This document shows, in pieces, positions 19,005 to 29,087 of a stretch of 64,000 nt of DNA. The stretch is taken from NCBI GenBank assembly GCA_037142195.1, contig JBAXBA010000001.1:1-64000 (forward strand), read 5' to 3'. The translations under genes and the position numbers were made by a program. Source of the stretch: Pseudomonadota bacterium. GTDB taxonomy: Bacteria > Bdellovibrionota_B > Oligoflexia > Oligoflexales > CAIMVM01. The notes beneath the pieces were generated by a model. It ran no database searches. It saw nothing but the letters and a program-made list of their open reading frames with translations, and was not told where the DNA came from. Numbering within the stretch: position 1 is the stretch's first letter; each line of letters begins with the position of its first letter.

Positions 19005-21474
19005 CTAAGCGGCTTTCCGTCCATTGGACTGGGACTTCAAAGGCAATTCCATGATGATACTCGTCCCCCTACCAATCTCGGATTCCACATGAATCGCGCC
19101 TCCGTAGTTAAGAACAGCTGCTTTCAAAGCTGACATTCCAACACCCCTACCCGACGTTTCAGATACGGAGCTCTTAGTTGAGAGGCCGTCATAAAAGAGA
19201 GCATTTACCAAATCATCTGCATTAGCATAAGGAATTCAGGCCAATTTTGCTTTTTCACGCACTTTTTCCCACGATACCCCATGGCCATTATCAGAAATCC
19301 TAATTCGAATACTCTCGGCTGCCCGCTCAGCGCTAAATGTTAATTTAGGCCTAACTCCGTCTAGCCCTCTCAGTCCGTGATCAACAGCATTTCGTATGAC
19401 GTGAGTCATATTGCTCCAAATTTCGAGAAAGGATCCGGGTTCCAAGTGAATTCCCTGATCTTGAACCTCAACTTCAAGTTCCTCGACCCCGAGTCTATGG
19501 CTCAGAAACTTAGCTTCTTCGGCAAAACGTATAAGCCTCGCACCGAGGGGATCCAAACACCATCGTTCTATAGAATCAGCGATATCACTTGAGCTCGCCC
19601 CACTTTTGAGCTGTTTTACTATCTCACGACATTCTGCCTCATCAAGTTCAATGGTCCGCTTTTTTCGATCACCTAAAAGACTAACTAACCGGCCTGAAGT
19701 TTGTTGCCAAATTTGAGCCATGAAGGCAATTTCGGAATGTGACAGCGGGATACGCGTCTCATTGAGCTGGCTTTCCAACACGTGGCAAGGGCCCACAACG
19801 GTAGACAAACCGTATTGACCGCAATTGCCTTTAAGAGTATGGACAATGCGAAACTGTTCCTCGGCATTTTTCGCATTGTGAAGAGCTTGTACAAGTCGTT
19901 CAGCATCTTCAAAGAATTCCAAAAATCCGACGCGATCATGGCTAATTCGCTGAAACATCGATAGCAATTCTTGCTGTTCGCGCTCCTTAATGTCAGCATT
20001 AACTATGGCTGTTACATCAGAAGCCACTATCAACAATTGCTGCAACTTTTCTTCCGCATCCCTAATGCCCGTATAGCAAAGAGAAAAGTGACGCCCTGAA
20101 TGCGAAAATGATTTAGGCATTTGGTCTGCAGTTACTTCAAATGGAAGAAACTCCGCAGTCATTTGATCCCAGCTCATAGAAAAAATGGTCGCCACCCGAG
20201 CGCTGTCGCTATCAAAAAGGAAATTCCAAATCTTTTGTCCCTCGCGAGGCTTACCGAACCAACTTTCAATAATTTTGGAATATTCTGAACCCATAGTGCC
20301 ATCTAATTCACAGGTCAGAAAACCCTGCTCTGCATTGTCCAATATGAGGCGCATCGAATGGTTGCGTTCAGAAAGCTGAGTCGTTTTCTCTGCCACTTTG
20401 CGTTCCAATACGACTTGGTTTCTTTGAGCAAAGCGAATACCCATGGCTAAAAAGCAAAATAATAAAAAGCTTCCCCCCCATCCCAAATCTACGTACCGTT
20501 TGCGTTTGTGACACAGCGTCTTGAGCGTAAAATTTTTCATCTGAAACAGCTGACCACAACTCCCAAGGAGTGCTATCGACTATATTAAGCTTTCGAATTT
20601 CGCTGTATATAAGATTGGGATTCACACCTCCTTGTTGGAAATTGCTCATGGAATCGGATAGTGTCTTGGACATCTTTGTGATGCCCCGATATCCCAAGCT
20701 ATTGGTAAGCGCATAGTTCCCTTCAGGAATCATTTTCTCAAGAATATTGAGGCGCGCTACACCTGAGATAGCGCCCTTGAAGTTACCTGCATCGTTATAG
20801 ACAGGAAGTGTGTAGACAACTCCCATCCTAGGTTTGTCATTATGACTATCGAGCTCGGCTTTTGTGAACTCCGAGTTGTCACAAGTGATGACGGGCTCAC
20901 CCATGACGCCAGGAATATCAATACCCTTGAAGGATTTGTTGTTTGGAAAATGTTCGCGAAGGTAGCTCAATTGCTCTTTCATAAGCCGATATTCATAGAT
21001 CTCAGTTTCCTCAAGTTTTTCCTGTTTTTCGGCTACATTTTCAGCCTTTGCGGGACCGACGATGAACTCATCAAAAGTCATAATCGGTTCTTCTGGCTTT
21101 TTGGTAATCGGATCCATACGGTCAGGATCCAGGTCTCGAGGTAAAATATAGACCTCAGAAAGAGTTACATTCACGTAAGTGTTGTTATAAATTTGCTGCA
21201 TGGCCAATTTGCTATCAGGATGAAAAGACTTGCCGTAGCGGTCTATGTTCCTGATTCCCGGTAATAGGGTCATCGTACGTAAGCCTTGGTAAAATGCTTT
21301 AAATTGGCTTTCCACATTTGTCGCAATCGCTGCTGTCTCAAGTTTTTGTTGGTGAATATAGCTGCGCTTCATCTCATCAATATCCGATTTAAAATTGGCA
21401 TTCACTCCGACAGCAATGCTGCCGCAGACCAATGCTGCTGCAATATAGGGTAAGGTGCGCGAAAAATATGCTAT
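19005..21474 (-). pseudogene. Membrane sensor with PAS-like, Hpt and HATPase domains (CheA-like kinase), disrupted
   Basis: Three ORFs form one gene. Periplasmic sensor (20368-21555); frameshift at G7 (C7 at 20473-20479 on +); TM/PAS/Hpt (FRIVHTLKGN)/HATPase N-part (HVIRNAVDHG, DNGHG); in-frame TGA at 19236-19238; then GLST...SGRGVGMS. Confidence 0.85.
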
Positions 21475-21635
21475 TTTGATACCTCTTAACAAAACTAAAT
21501 TAAGTATGAACTCAATTACAGAAGCATCCTTCGGCAACTCGGCGCAAATATTCACTAGAAATCAGAAAGACCCAGTAATTTTCTTGTAACTCATCGCGAA
21601 TAAAACACTATTTTTTTAAGTTTAAAGACAAAGGA

Positions 21636-21897
21636 ATGGGTAATTTCCTGTATCGCAATGAGCTCAAAGGAATATCCTTCGTTAATGAGCTGTCTGAGCT
21701 CAAAGCCACATCTCATGATTTCTGTAGCAAAGTTCACTCCTTCAATATCTCAGCAGCGATCGTCATGGGCACCGCATATCATGTTAGAATGGAAGCCTTT
21801 CCAGAAGGATCCCAGTATCTTAGTAAGCCAACTTGACAAAGTAAATGGTGTCTCATCTAGACTTTGTTGCCAGGTTTTCAAAAATCATCTCTTTTAA
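21636..21897 (+). pseudogene. Possible decayed response-regulator (REC) remnant
   Basis: ELKGISFV...AAIVMGTAY...EAF..GSQYLSKP resembles the C-terminal half of a REC domain and continues as LDKV in another frame. Confidence 0.3.
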
Positions 21898-22063
21898 ACA
21901 ATGAGCTACTGCCGCTATCGGCCCATCAGGCAATGGTGAGGATCCAAAAGGGAAATCAGACAGTCAAAAATTTACTCGTGGAGGAAAAATATATAGTGGT
22001 TCACCATAATTTCCTTATCAGAATACATATAGAGGAATGGACCTGTTTTTAGCTTGGACATCT

Positions 22064-22918
22064 TTAAGTATTGATGCTTTTCTTAAAAGCTCGAATTTTA
22101 GCAACCATCCCAATTTGATAGTCTGTCCAATTCGAAATACGATCAAGATCTGGGTCAAGATAGCCTTCACCGAACCCGGAAATGCCTCTACTCACGGGGA
22201 TAAGGTCACAAGTCCGGGATTTGAGAAATAATGTGCTAGCTTCGGAGAGCTTCGCTCCTTGTGCACCAATGCCTGGCATAAGAAGGGGCCTTTCTCGCGC
22301 TAGAGATGTTTGTGAAAGCCAAGTTTCTAATCGGTTAGCACCCACGACAAAGCCGAGAGAATCCAAAACTTTTTCCTGCTCAAAGAATTGAGCTATAGAA
22401 GTGGCTAAGCCTAATGCAAATGCTTTGGCAACTTCGTTCTGCTCATATAAATCAGCCGAAGGATTGGAGGGCAAGCAAACAGAATAGACACACTTCCCTC
22501 TTTTAAGCCATGGGAGCAAGGCTTTGAAAGAATCCGTTCCCATATAAGGCATAACCGTAATTGCGTCTGCCCCCATGTCTTCAAAAGCAGACGAGCCATA
22601 GGCTGCCATAGTGCTGGCGATGTCTCCTCGCTTTCCGTCCAGGATCAGACAAAGGCCTTTTTCTTTAGCTAACGAAGTCAATGTCTTGATAGCTTTAAAG
22701 CCTTCGCTGCCCTGGGACTCAAAAAAGGACATTTGTAATTTGAGAGAAGATACTTTCTCTGCCAAAGCAAGTTCTAGAAAAACCGACCCAAAGTCGACTA
22801 AAAACCTATGAGGTCCTTGCTCATCAAGTTTTTTTTTCATAAAAGCCGGCATGGAGTGGATATGAGGATCTATCCCTAAGGAAAGGGGAGTTAAAGAGGC
22901 AAATTTCTCAAATGACAT
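22064..22918 (-). CDS. pyrF: Orotidine-5'-phosphate decarboxylase
   Basis: LGIDPH, ILDGKRGDIASTMAAY, TVMPYMG, GFVVGA, LLMPGIGAQG, PVSRGI. Start ATG 22918 with AAGGGAG SD. Confidence 0.93.
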   Translation of the reverse strand: MSFEKFASLTPLSLGIDPHIHSMPAFMKKKLDEQGPHRFLVDFGSVFLELALAEKVSSLKLQMSFFESQGSEGFKAIKTLTSLAKEKGLCLILDGKRGDIASTMAAYGSSAFEDMGADAITVMPYMGTDSFKALLPWLKRGKCVYSVCLPSNPSADLYEQNEVAKAFALGLATSIAQFFEQEKVLDSLGFVVGANRLETWLSQTSLARERPLLMPGIGAQGAKLSEASTLFLKSRTCDLIPVSRGISGFGEGYLDPDLDRISNWTDYQIGMVAKIRAFKKSINT

Positions 22919-24629
22919 CGTTTCTCCCTTGGCCGTCCAAACGGCGAATAAATGCTGGAACAAGTGCAAAATCTTCTTCGACTCTCTTTGCTGAAAATCC
23001 ACTTGCTAAGCCTACTGCAGATTTCAAAGATTCAGGTGCTTCAATGGAAGACATAACGAGGCGATCGGCATCATCAATAAGATCTACAACTCCTCTATAC
23101 ACAAGTTCTTTTGCAAGCATCCCTGAAACAATTTTTAAGTGGAGGCTCAAAAGCCTTAGATTGCTGATAAAGACCGGAGGGGTTTTCGGAACTTCGGTTT
23201 TCATAACATCCAGATACTCGTCTTCGGTCAAAGGAAAAAAATCAAAGAAGAGCTCTCTATAGCGAGCCATAACAAAGGCTCCCCATCCCCTTGACCGCAA
23301 GAAAACTTCCGCTTCCAAGAGATCAAGTCCTATTTTTTCATAGTGCAGTAGCAACTTGCAAAAGATCTTCTGGACATAGACAGAAGCCCATACGCCCAGA
23401 ACTTCCTGAGCTCGACTGCGAACTATTTGTGATCCTAGGGTTCGCATGCCAGAAACCGCATGTACAAACCTATGGTCAATTTCTATGACACCAAGACGTG
23501 TATTAAATCGATTTCCACAGCTTCTTCTTCCGATTATCCCAAATACCGAGTGACTCACGTCTCCGTCTCTCTTAAATTCAAAACTATTTAATTTGGAACT
23601 GCCGCCGACGGAAGATTCAAACCACCGAATGCTGTCTTGCCAAATCGTCGCGCCTAGGGCGGCTCCCACCAGATCTAAAAGAGCCTTACGAAGGTTTTTC
23701 AAATAGCTTAAAGCAGTTTCTCGGTCGATATAAATAAATGCAATTTTCCCGCCTTGGATAATGCCATTATAGACCACTTGAACAGGCGGAAAATACTGTC
23801 CAATCATAAAAACAATAACCTGATTCTTAACTTTAGCGGGAGCGACAGAACTGTGAAACCAGTTGTTCATCGACGCCCATTTATAGAAATTGTCGACAAT
23901 ATATCCAGAACTAGGTTTTGCATGACGAATGGAACGCTTATAAGCCTCCCACGTTCTTGAAAACCAACGTGCCTGAGGCGTGCCATTGCTGAGACTTAGT
24001 TCAATAGCATCAGGACCTCGACTGGGATGATGTTCCGAACTATTTGTTGGCATAGAGGCATCTAATATTTTAGTTAATGAATCGGTTGAGTCCACCTCGA
24101 AATATAGCGTTTTCCATGGTACGGCTGAACGATACCAATTTTTCATGACATAGAACTCACGCCACGATCTTACAGGAGATGCCTCTAAAAATTCAAATTG
24201 TCTAATTTCGCAATTGTTCCAAGCCATCCTTAGGGAATCAAATAGGGGAATCATTCCTTCTTTGAGTTGAGGAAAACCAAAATGAAAGTCTGCATCCGAA
24301 AACACCCTGATTTTACAAACGATGCAAAGTTCAAACCAAGAGCCCAGAACATCACCAGTAGCATGATAGATTACGGGTATGGAAAGCTGGTCTATCTGAC
24401 AAAGAACTTCATTCCAGTCTTTCAAATATTTAGAAAATTGGGCCCTTAAGTACCAGGGCTCATCAATATTAACCATTCCGGAATCTCGCCTTGATCCTTC
24501 CTGAACTAATACTAACAAGCTATGACGATTTGAGGACCAAATGGCTTCTTTGAGTTCAAAAAGAAAAGACAAAGCTTCTTTTGAATAGAGCGAAGGCAAA
24601 TTTGGTACTTTTATGACTAATGATTTCAT
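22908..24629 (-). CDS. Highly divergent FadJ/FadB-like protein (crotonase-like N-terminus), probably catalytically eroded
   Basis: IPVIYHATGDVLGSWFELCIVCKIRV...FGFPQLKEGMIP aligns by eye to the crotonase pattern PVxAAIxGxxLGGGxELALxCxxR...GLPEVxLGxxP; no GxGxxG in the downstream region. Confidence 0.55.
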   Translation of the reverse strand: MKSLVIKVPNLPSLYSKEALSFLFELKEAIWSSNRHSLLVLVQEGSRRDSGMVNIDEPWYLRAQFSKYLKDWNEVLCQIDQLSIPVIYHATGDVLGSWFELCIVCKIRVFSDADFHFGFPQLKEGMIPLFDSLRMAWNNCEIRQFEFLEASPVRSWREFYVMKNWYRSAVPWKTLYFEVDSTDSLTKILDASMPTNSSEHHPSRGPDAIELSLSNGTPQARWFSRTWEAYKRSIRHAKPSSGYIVDNFYKWASMNNWFHSSVAPAKVKNQVIVFMIGQYFPPVQVVYNGIIQGGKIAFIYIDRETALSYLKNLRKALLDLVGAALGATIWQDSIRWFESSVGGSSKLNSFEFKRDGDVSHSVFGIIGRRSCGNRFNTRLGVIEIDHRFVHAVSGMRTLGSQIVRSRAQEVLGVWASVYVQKIFCKLLLHYEKIGLDLLEAEVFLRSRGWGAFVMARYRELFFDFFPLTEDEYLDVMKTEVPKTPPVFISNLRLLSLHLKIVSGMLAKELVYRGVVDLIDDADRLVMSSIEAPESLKSAVGLASGFSAKRVEEDFALVPAFIRRLDGQGRNDVI

Positions 24630-25366
24630 TCGATTCGCCTTAAGGCCCTTACTTTAGGAAACTCAGAATAATCAATAATGGTATCGATGCCCAGCGCCAT
24701 AGATTCTAAAATCGCCTGAAACGGATGCCAGCCAAATTTACGGTCGTAGAGTTTAGCTTTCAGTTCATAGGGTTCCAAATTAACTTCGGTGAGATGATGC
24801 TCGATGGGACCAGGGTATGCCAAAGAAAAGGACTTGGACTGCCTCGCCATATGCTCTATTTGGAAGATAACTTCGCGCACAGAGTAAGGCGTTCCCTCGA
24901 TAAATTCATCTTTGTAGGCTGGAAGCTCTCCACACTCTTCAATACTAAATATAAAGAGCGCTTCTGGACCTGCTGCTATATCCGTAAGTTGACCTTTTTG
25001 GTCTATCCATATTTTTCTTGCAGAGGCGTCAAAATCACTTAGTGGGCCATAGATATGCTCACAGAACGCTATGAGAGACTCCATTTGATTGGAAAGTCGA
25101 TGGCTAGAATACATGCCTACCAGTGGGCCACCAGTCTGCAATACTTTACGCCATGTCTCCAAATCAAAGCGTCCATCCTCCATCAAATAGAAATTTTCTG
25201 CAGGATCGATTCCCGACAATTGGGTTAACGAACGCGATACGATTAAACTTGGGCGCTTACCAGTTTTCAGAGAACTTTCACAAATTAGGTTATTCAAAAT
25301 ACTTTCGACACGTGGCTTTGCACCAAATTTGAATGGAATTCTACTAAAGTTAATTTGCATGGACAC
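24626..25366 (-). CDS. Hypothetical protein, possible truncated or degenerate thiolase (FadI-like)
   Basis: N-terminal FSRIPFKFGA resembles thiolase RTPFGKFGG; C-terminal FGWHPFQA resembles AYGHPFAA; directly upstream of and overlapping the FadJ-like gene. Confidence 0.35.
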   Translation of the reverse strand: MSMQINFSRIPFKFGAKPRVESILNNLICESSLKTGKRPSLIVSRSLTQLSGIDPAENFYLMEDGRFDLETWRKVLQTGGPLVGMYSSHRLSNQMESLIAFCEHIYGPLSDFDASARKIWIDQKGQLTDIAAGPEALFIFSIEECGELPAYKDEFIEGTPYSVREVIFQIEHMARQSKSFSLAYPGPIEHHLTEVNLEPYELKAKLYDRKFGWHPFQAILESMALGIDTIIDYSEFPKVRALRRIE

Positions 25367-26435
25367 TCTTTATGCTCTTTATGCTCTTCAACCGTTCGAT
25401 CAAATCGTTGGCGCGTATAATAAACTCTTTTTTCCAATGCTTTTTCTCAATCAAATGATTCAGCAGTCCAATGACTTCGCCAATGTCACCTATATGAAGC
25501 GCTAATTTTATTCCCTCTTCAGTGGCCACTAGATGTTCAGGGGTTAACGAAGAAGATTTCAAAAAATTAATGTAGGCCTCTCTCAGATCGCCTTTTTGGT
25601 CATAAATTTTACCTAAGTAGTAATGAATAGCGGATTTTTCTTCGTCATCGAATGCTTTTTCTAATGAAACATTTAAAATTGCAATACAAGAATCCCATTC
25701 TCGAAGAGACTCGTAAGCATGAAACCGCATTTTGGAAGTATCAATTCTTCCGCTTCCGTATTTTTCAAGCACCACTAAACATTGTTTCGGAGAACCTAAT
25801 TGATAAAGGTAGATGGCTGCTAAATCTAGTGCAGCACGCAGTTTTTCTTCTGGATGCTTGAGTGCGAGTAAAAGCCTTTCCAGAATGCTTACCAGATCAT
25901 GCCATTTTTGGTGAAGGAGAGCAGAATTTTTCAGATATCGCAGTCCCTGAATGTTTTGAGGATTTATTTTCAGGAGTCTGTCATTTGCTAGTTTGAGTTT
26001 GTCCTCAAGATATAATTTTTTTTCAAACAACATACAAAGCCGCTCTAAAGCAAGCTCTTTATCTTCTATCGATGAAAACGAATGAATAACTGTTTCGAGC
26101 AATGAAGCTTCTGTAGATGCATCGTTTACTTCTGTTGCCTTCCTTATGAGATCATGGGCAACCTCATTGAAGCTGAGATCTCTAGATCTGATTAATCTTG
26201 AAAGATATTCCGCTGCTAAAGCTTGATTTTCCAAATCCACGACTAGGTGCCTCAAGCAGCTTGCTGCCAATTCCAGGCTAACCTCTTTTGTCAGCTTCGG
26301 TTCAGAAAACTCATAAATTTCAAAATATGCATCCCAACATTCATTCAAAGCGAGCACCCCAAGGTCTGCTACAACATCACCTTGGGATGCCTCGTCTATT
26401 TTTTTCCATTTTAAAAGAATCTTTTGAACATTCAT
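25350..26435 (-). CDS. TPR-containing protein
   Basis: HYYLGKIYDQKGDLREAYINFLKSSSLTPEH and other helical repeats. Confidence 0.75.
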   Translation of the reverse strand: MNVQKILLKWKKIDEASQGDVVADLGVLALNECWDAYFEIYEFSEPKLTKEVSLELAASCLRHLVVDLENQALAAEYLSRLIRSRDLSFNEVAHDLIRKATEVNDASTEASLLETVIHSFSSIEDKELALERLCMLFEKKLYLEDKLKLANDRLLKINPQNIQGLRYLKNSALLHQKWHDLVSILERLLLALKHPEEKLRAALDLAAIYLYQLGSPKQCLVVLEKYGSGRIDTSKMRFHAYESLREWDSCIAILNVSLEKAFDDEEKSAIHYYLGKIYDQKGDLREAYINFLKSSSLTPEHLVATEEGIKLALHIGDIGEVIGLLNHLIEKKHWKKEFIIRANDLIERLKSIKSIKSVHAN

Positions 26436-26450
26436 TGTCTAACACCATAT

Positions 26451-27047
26451 TTATGCTTTATTCAAACCTTGAATCATAAGATCAGTCGCATTCTTAGTAG
26501 TTTTGTCATAATTTACGGCAGACGAGTCAAAAAGGAATTGCAAACTTATGCCATCAATGACGGCGATAATAAATGAAGCGTATTCATTGGGCTCCACCTT
26601 CTTAAAAACACCTTTTGCAATTCCATCAGCAATTACTTTTGAAGCGGTTTCTCGAAACTTTGCATAGTGTTTAGCGATAGCTTTTTTGACTTCATCTTTT
26701 TGATTGATTTGAGTCCAAAAATCCATATTTACTTGGTAGTATTCGCGAGTGTTTCTTACAACATCGAAAACAACTCCAATAAATATTTCAAGTTTTTTAG
26801 AAGGTTCTTCGATTTTATTCATGTCGGAAAGAATCACTCGTTCAATGTCCCCGGCGACTCTGTCTAGTACAGACATCATGAGATCATCTTTATTTAGAAA
26901 ATAATAATGAATAATGCCTTTTGAAACACCAGCTACCTTAGCAACGTCCTGCATTGAGAAATTATGGTAACCATACTTCGTAATACACTCAACGGTTGCT
27001 CTAACAATTTGATCTTTACGCTCTGCCGCAATATCTGCTTTTGACAT
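26451..27047 (-). CDS. TetR/AcrR family transcriptional regulator
   Basis: ERKDQIVRATVECITKYGYHNFSMQDVAKVAGVSKGIIHYYFLNKDDL HTH. Confidence 0.95.
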   Translation of the reverse strand: MSKADIAAERKDQIVRATVECITKYGYHNFSMQDVAKVAGVSKGIIHYYFLNKDDLMMSVLDRVAGDIERVILSDMNKIEEPSKKLEIFIGVVFDVVRNTREYYQVNMDFWTQINQKDEVKKAIAKHYAKFRETASKVIADGIAKGVFKKVEPNEYASFIIAVIDGISLQFLFDSSAVNYDKTTKNATDLMIQGLNKA

Positions 27048-27228
27048 ATGAAATGGGATTCCTTTTTCAGTCTGCTTAAAAATACGACAAAATTTCTTGC
27101 CGATATAATATTAACCTTGAAAGCAACATCATTCAATTGATTGAGAAAATGATTTGCTAATCCGACGACATTTAGTCGTTTCGTGTTAAAATCTACAACC
27201 AAGCAAAAATTATTCCTCGGAGATCAAA

Positions 27229-28323
27229 ATGGCAAGTAAGTTAACCTGCAGAGTTGCCGCTGCTCTAGCTTTGATGAGCGCTGGTTCGGCACAGGCTCTA
27301 GAGGGCGCATGGACTCATTATGGGGTGAGACCACTAGGTATGGGAAATGCTTTTGTAGCTGTGGCCGACGATTACAATAGTCTTTTCTATAATCCCGCCG
27401 GGTTAGCTCGAATAGATGATTGGTATTTGGAGATTTTAAATCCCTCCTTTGGGGCCTCCGCTGCCACGGTTTCTATCGTAAAAGAAATTACAGATCTTGG
27501 AAAGTCTGGAGCTGGTTTTGCTAAGACATTAGATTTTGTTGAAAAACATGTTGGTGAGACCCATCACGTTGGGTTGGGATGGACGCCCTATTTTGTAAAA
27601 AAGAATTTTGGCCTCGGCATTGGAATGGATGTGGGCTTTTCTTTAGAGGCCCATAGCGATCTTGATATCCATTTGAATCTAGGATCTGAAGTCATGGTGC
27701 CAATCTCGTATGCAAGGAACTTCTTGGACGATCGCCTGAGTCTTGGCCTCACCGCAAAGCTCTATACAGGTTTTGAAGCTGACGAAAATTTGTCGATCGA
27801 TACCATCAATAGCCTCTCGGGCGACAGTTCCGCTAAGCTAAAAGATTTAGCTAAAGGCGGAAAAGGGGTTGGTTTTGATGCGGGTCTTCTATTCACTCCT
27901 ATTAAGACTATGGCCCCCACGCTTGGTGTTATGATTTCCGACATAGGAGATACGCGGCTTGCTCCCTTGAACGATACGTTAGGAAAGCAGGACGCTCGGC
28001 CGATGGCAGTGAACCTCGGGATGTCTCTAAGGCCCGTTGATACGGGCAGTCAATATGTGCTGTTAGCTTTAGATACCCATCAGGTAAACCAGCCGACTCA
28101 TTTTTCTCACAAGCTGAATATGGGAGCTGAATGGGGCCTAGGGCGGATTTTGAAAGTGCAAACCGGTCTATCCGATGGGCAATTCACAGCCGGCACCCAA
28201 ATTGATGTCAAACTTATTAAATTTCGCTTTGCAACTTATGCGATCGATCATGGCGCCGTTGCTGGAAGCAACGACCGACTCATCGATAGGCGCTACCTAC
28301 TTCAAATTAAGATATTGATTTAA
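27229..28323 (+). CDS. Outer-membrane beta-barrel, TraF_2/PorV/FadL-like superfamily
   Basis: Signal peptide (AQA cleavage); plug motif GVRPLGMGNAFVAVADDYNSLFYNPAGLA; alternating beta-strands. Confidence 0.75.
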   Translation: MASKLTCRVAAALALMSAGSAQALEGAWTHYGVRPLGMGNAFVAVADDYNSLFYNPAGLARIDDWYLEILNPSFGASAATVSIVKEITDLGKSGAGFAKTLDFVEKHVGETHHVGLGWTPYFVKKNFGLGIGMDVGFSLEAHSDLDIHLNLGSEVMVPISYARNFLDDRLSLGLTAKLYTGFEADENLSIDTINSLSGDSSAKLKDLAKGGKGVGFDAGLLFTPIKTMAPTLGVMISDIGDTRLAPLNDTLGKQDARPMAVNLGMSLRPVDTGSQYVLLALDTHQVNQPTHFSHKLNMGAEWGLGRILKVQTGLSDGQFTAGTQIDVKLIKFRFATYAIDHGAVAGSNDRLIDRRYLLQIKILI

Positions 28324-28334
28324 CAAGGATAAAT

Positions 28335-29033
28335 ATGAAATTCTTAATCCCATTGACCCTTATTCTCCTGCTTTCTCTTCCAGTAGCTAGGGCAGAAAGC
28401 GCTCCTAAGTCCTCCAGTCCTCAAACCGAAGGGGAGCCCTCCGAAGATGTCGGTGGCGCAGATCCTGCCACGACTCATGACAAGACGCCTACGAGTGATG
28501 AAGCTGATAGAGCGGATTCAAAAGTCTCCCCATCTGAACTTGCGCCGCTTCCCTTTGGAGCTGTGTATTCTTTTGGAGCCACCCGAAAAAAAGAGGGCTC
28601 CATGGATCTTCATTCCGCAGGATTTGCTCGGCTGGAGATCTTCAAAAACATGGTAGAGTCCATTGCTTTCTTTAACAAAATGACTATTGGACTTTCCTAC
28701 AGCGCAGCGGACATAGGTGGAATCATAGAAAACAAAGGCGGCTATAGGGGAACGCTCACAAGTTTTGGGCTCAATATTTCTGGACTTTCTTCTAAGCGTG
28801 GGCCTTGGAGAACTAAAACGGGAACTTCCCTAGAAATTAACAAATTGAAGCGTTTGCCTTCCTTTAAGTATGGAAATTCTAATGTAGAGGTATCCTATAA
28901 GCCTAGCATCTCCCTTTCTCAAGCGGCCTATTATACCCTTAATGAAGGCCTATCTATTGGCCCTGCATTCGCGGTGCAAGTAGGCGGAATTACCGGCTGG
29001 ACCCTCGGATTTGAGGCCCTATTTGCGTTCTGA
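28335..29033 (+). CDS. Exported hypothetical protein, probable small OM beta-barrel with acidic N-terminal linker
   Basis: Signal peptide (ARA), amphipathic strands, C-terminal ...FEALFAF. Confidence 0.6.
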   Translation: MKFLIPLTLILLLSLPVARAESAPKSSSPQTEGEPSEDVGGADPATTHDKTPTSDEADRADSKVSPSELAPLPFGAVYSFGATRKKEGSMDLHSAGFARLEIFKNMVESIAFFNKMTIGLSYSAADIGGIIENKGGYRGTLTSFGLNISGLSSKRGPWRTKTGTSLEINKLKRLPSFKYGNSNVEVSYKPSISLSQAAYYTLNEGLSIGPAFAVQVGGITGWTLGFEALFAF

Positions 29034-29087
29034 AGTTACAAAGGTTATCCTTTGGGCTTTCGTTACCATGCTCTAGGACAAAACTCT

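Noticed and set aside
19236..19238. TGA recoding (Sec, Trp or Gly genetic code)
   Set aside because: TGA terminates clearly complete genes here (the cheR-cheB fusion, scpA, cls), and the same gene also has a frameshift, so a nonsense lesion or error is simpler.
27229..28323. Conjugative element implied by a TraF-like barrel
   Set aside because: No relaxase, VirB4 or coupling-protein genes; the motif is shared with chromosomal FadL/PorV-like barrels.
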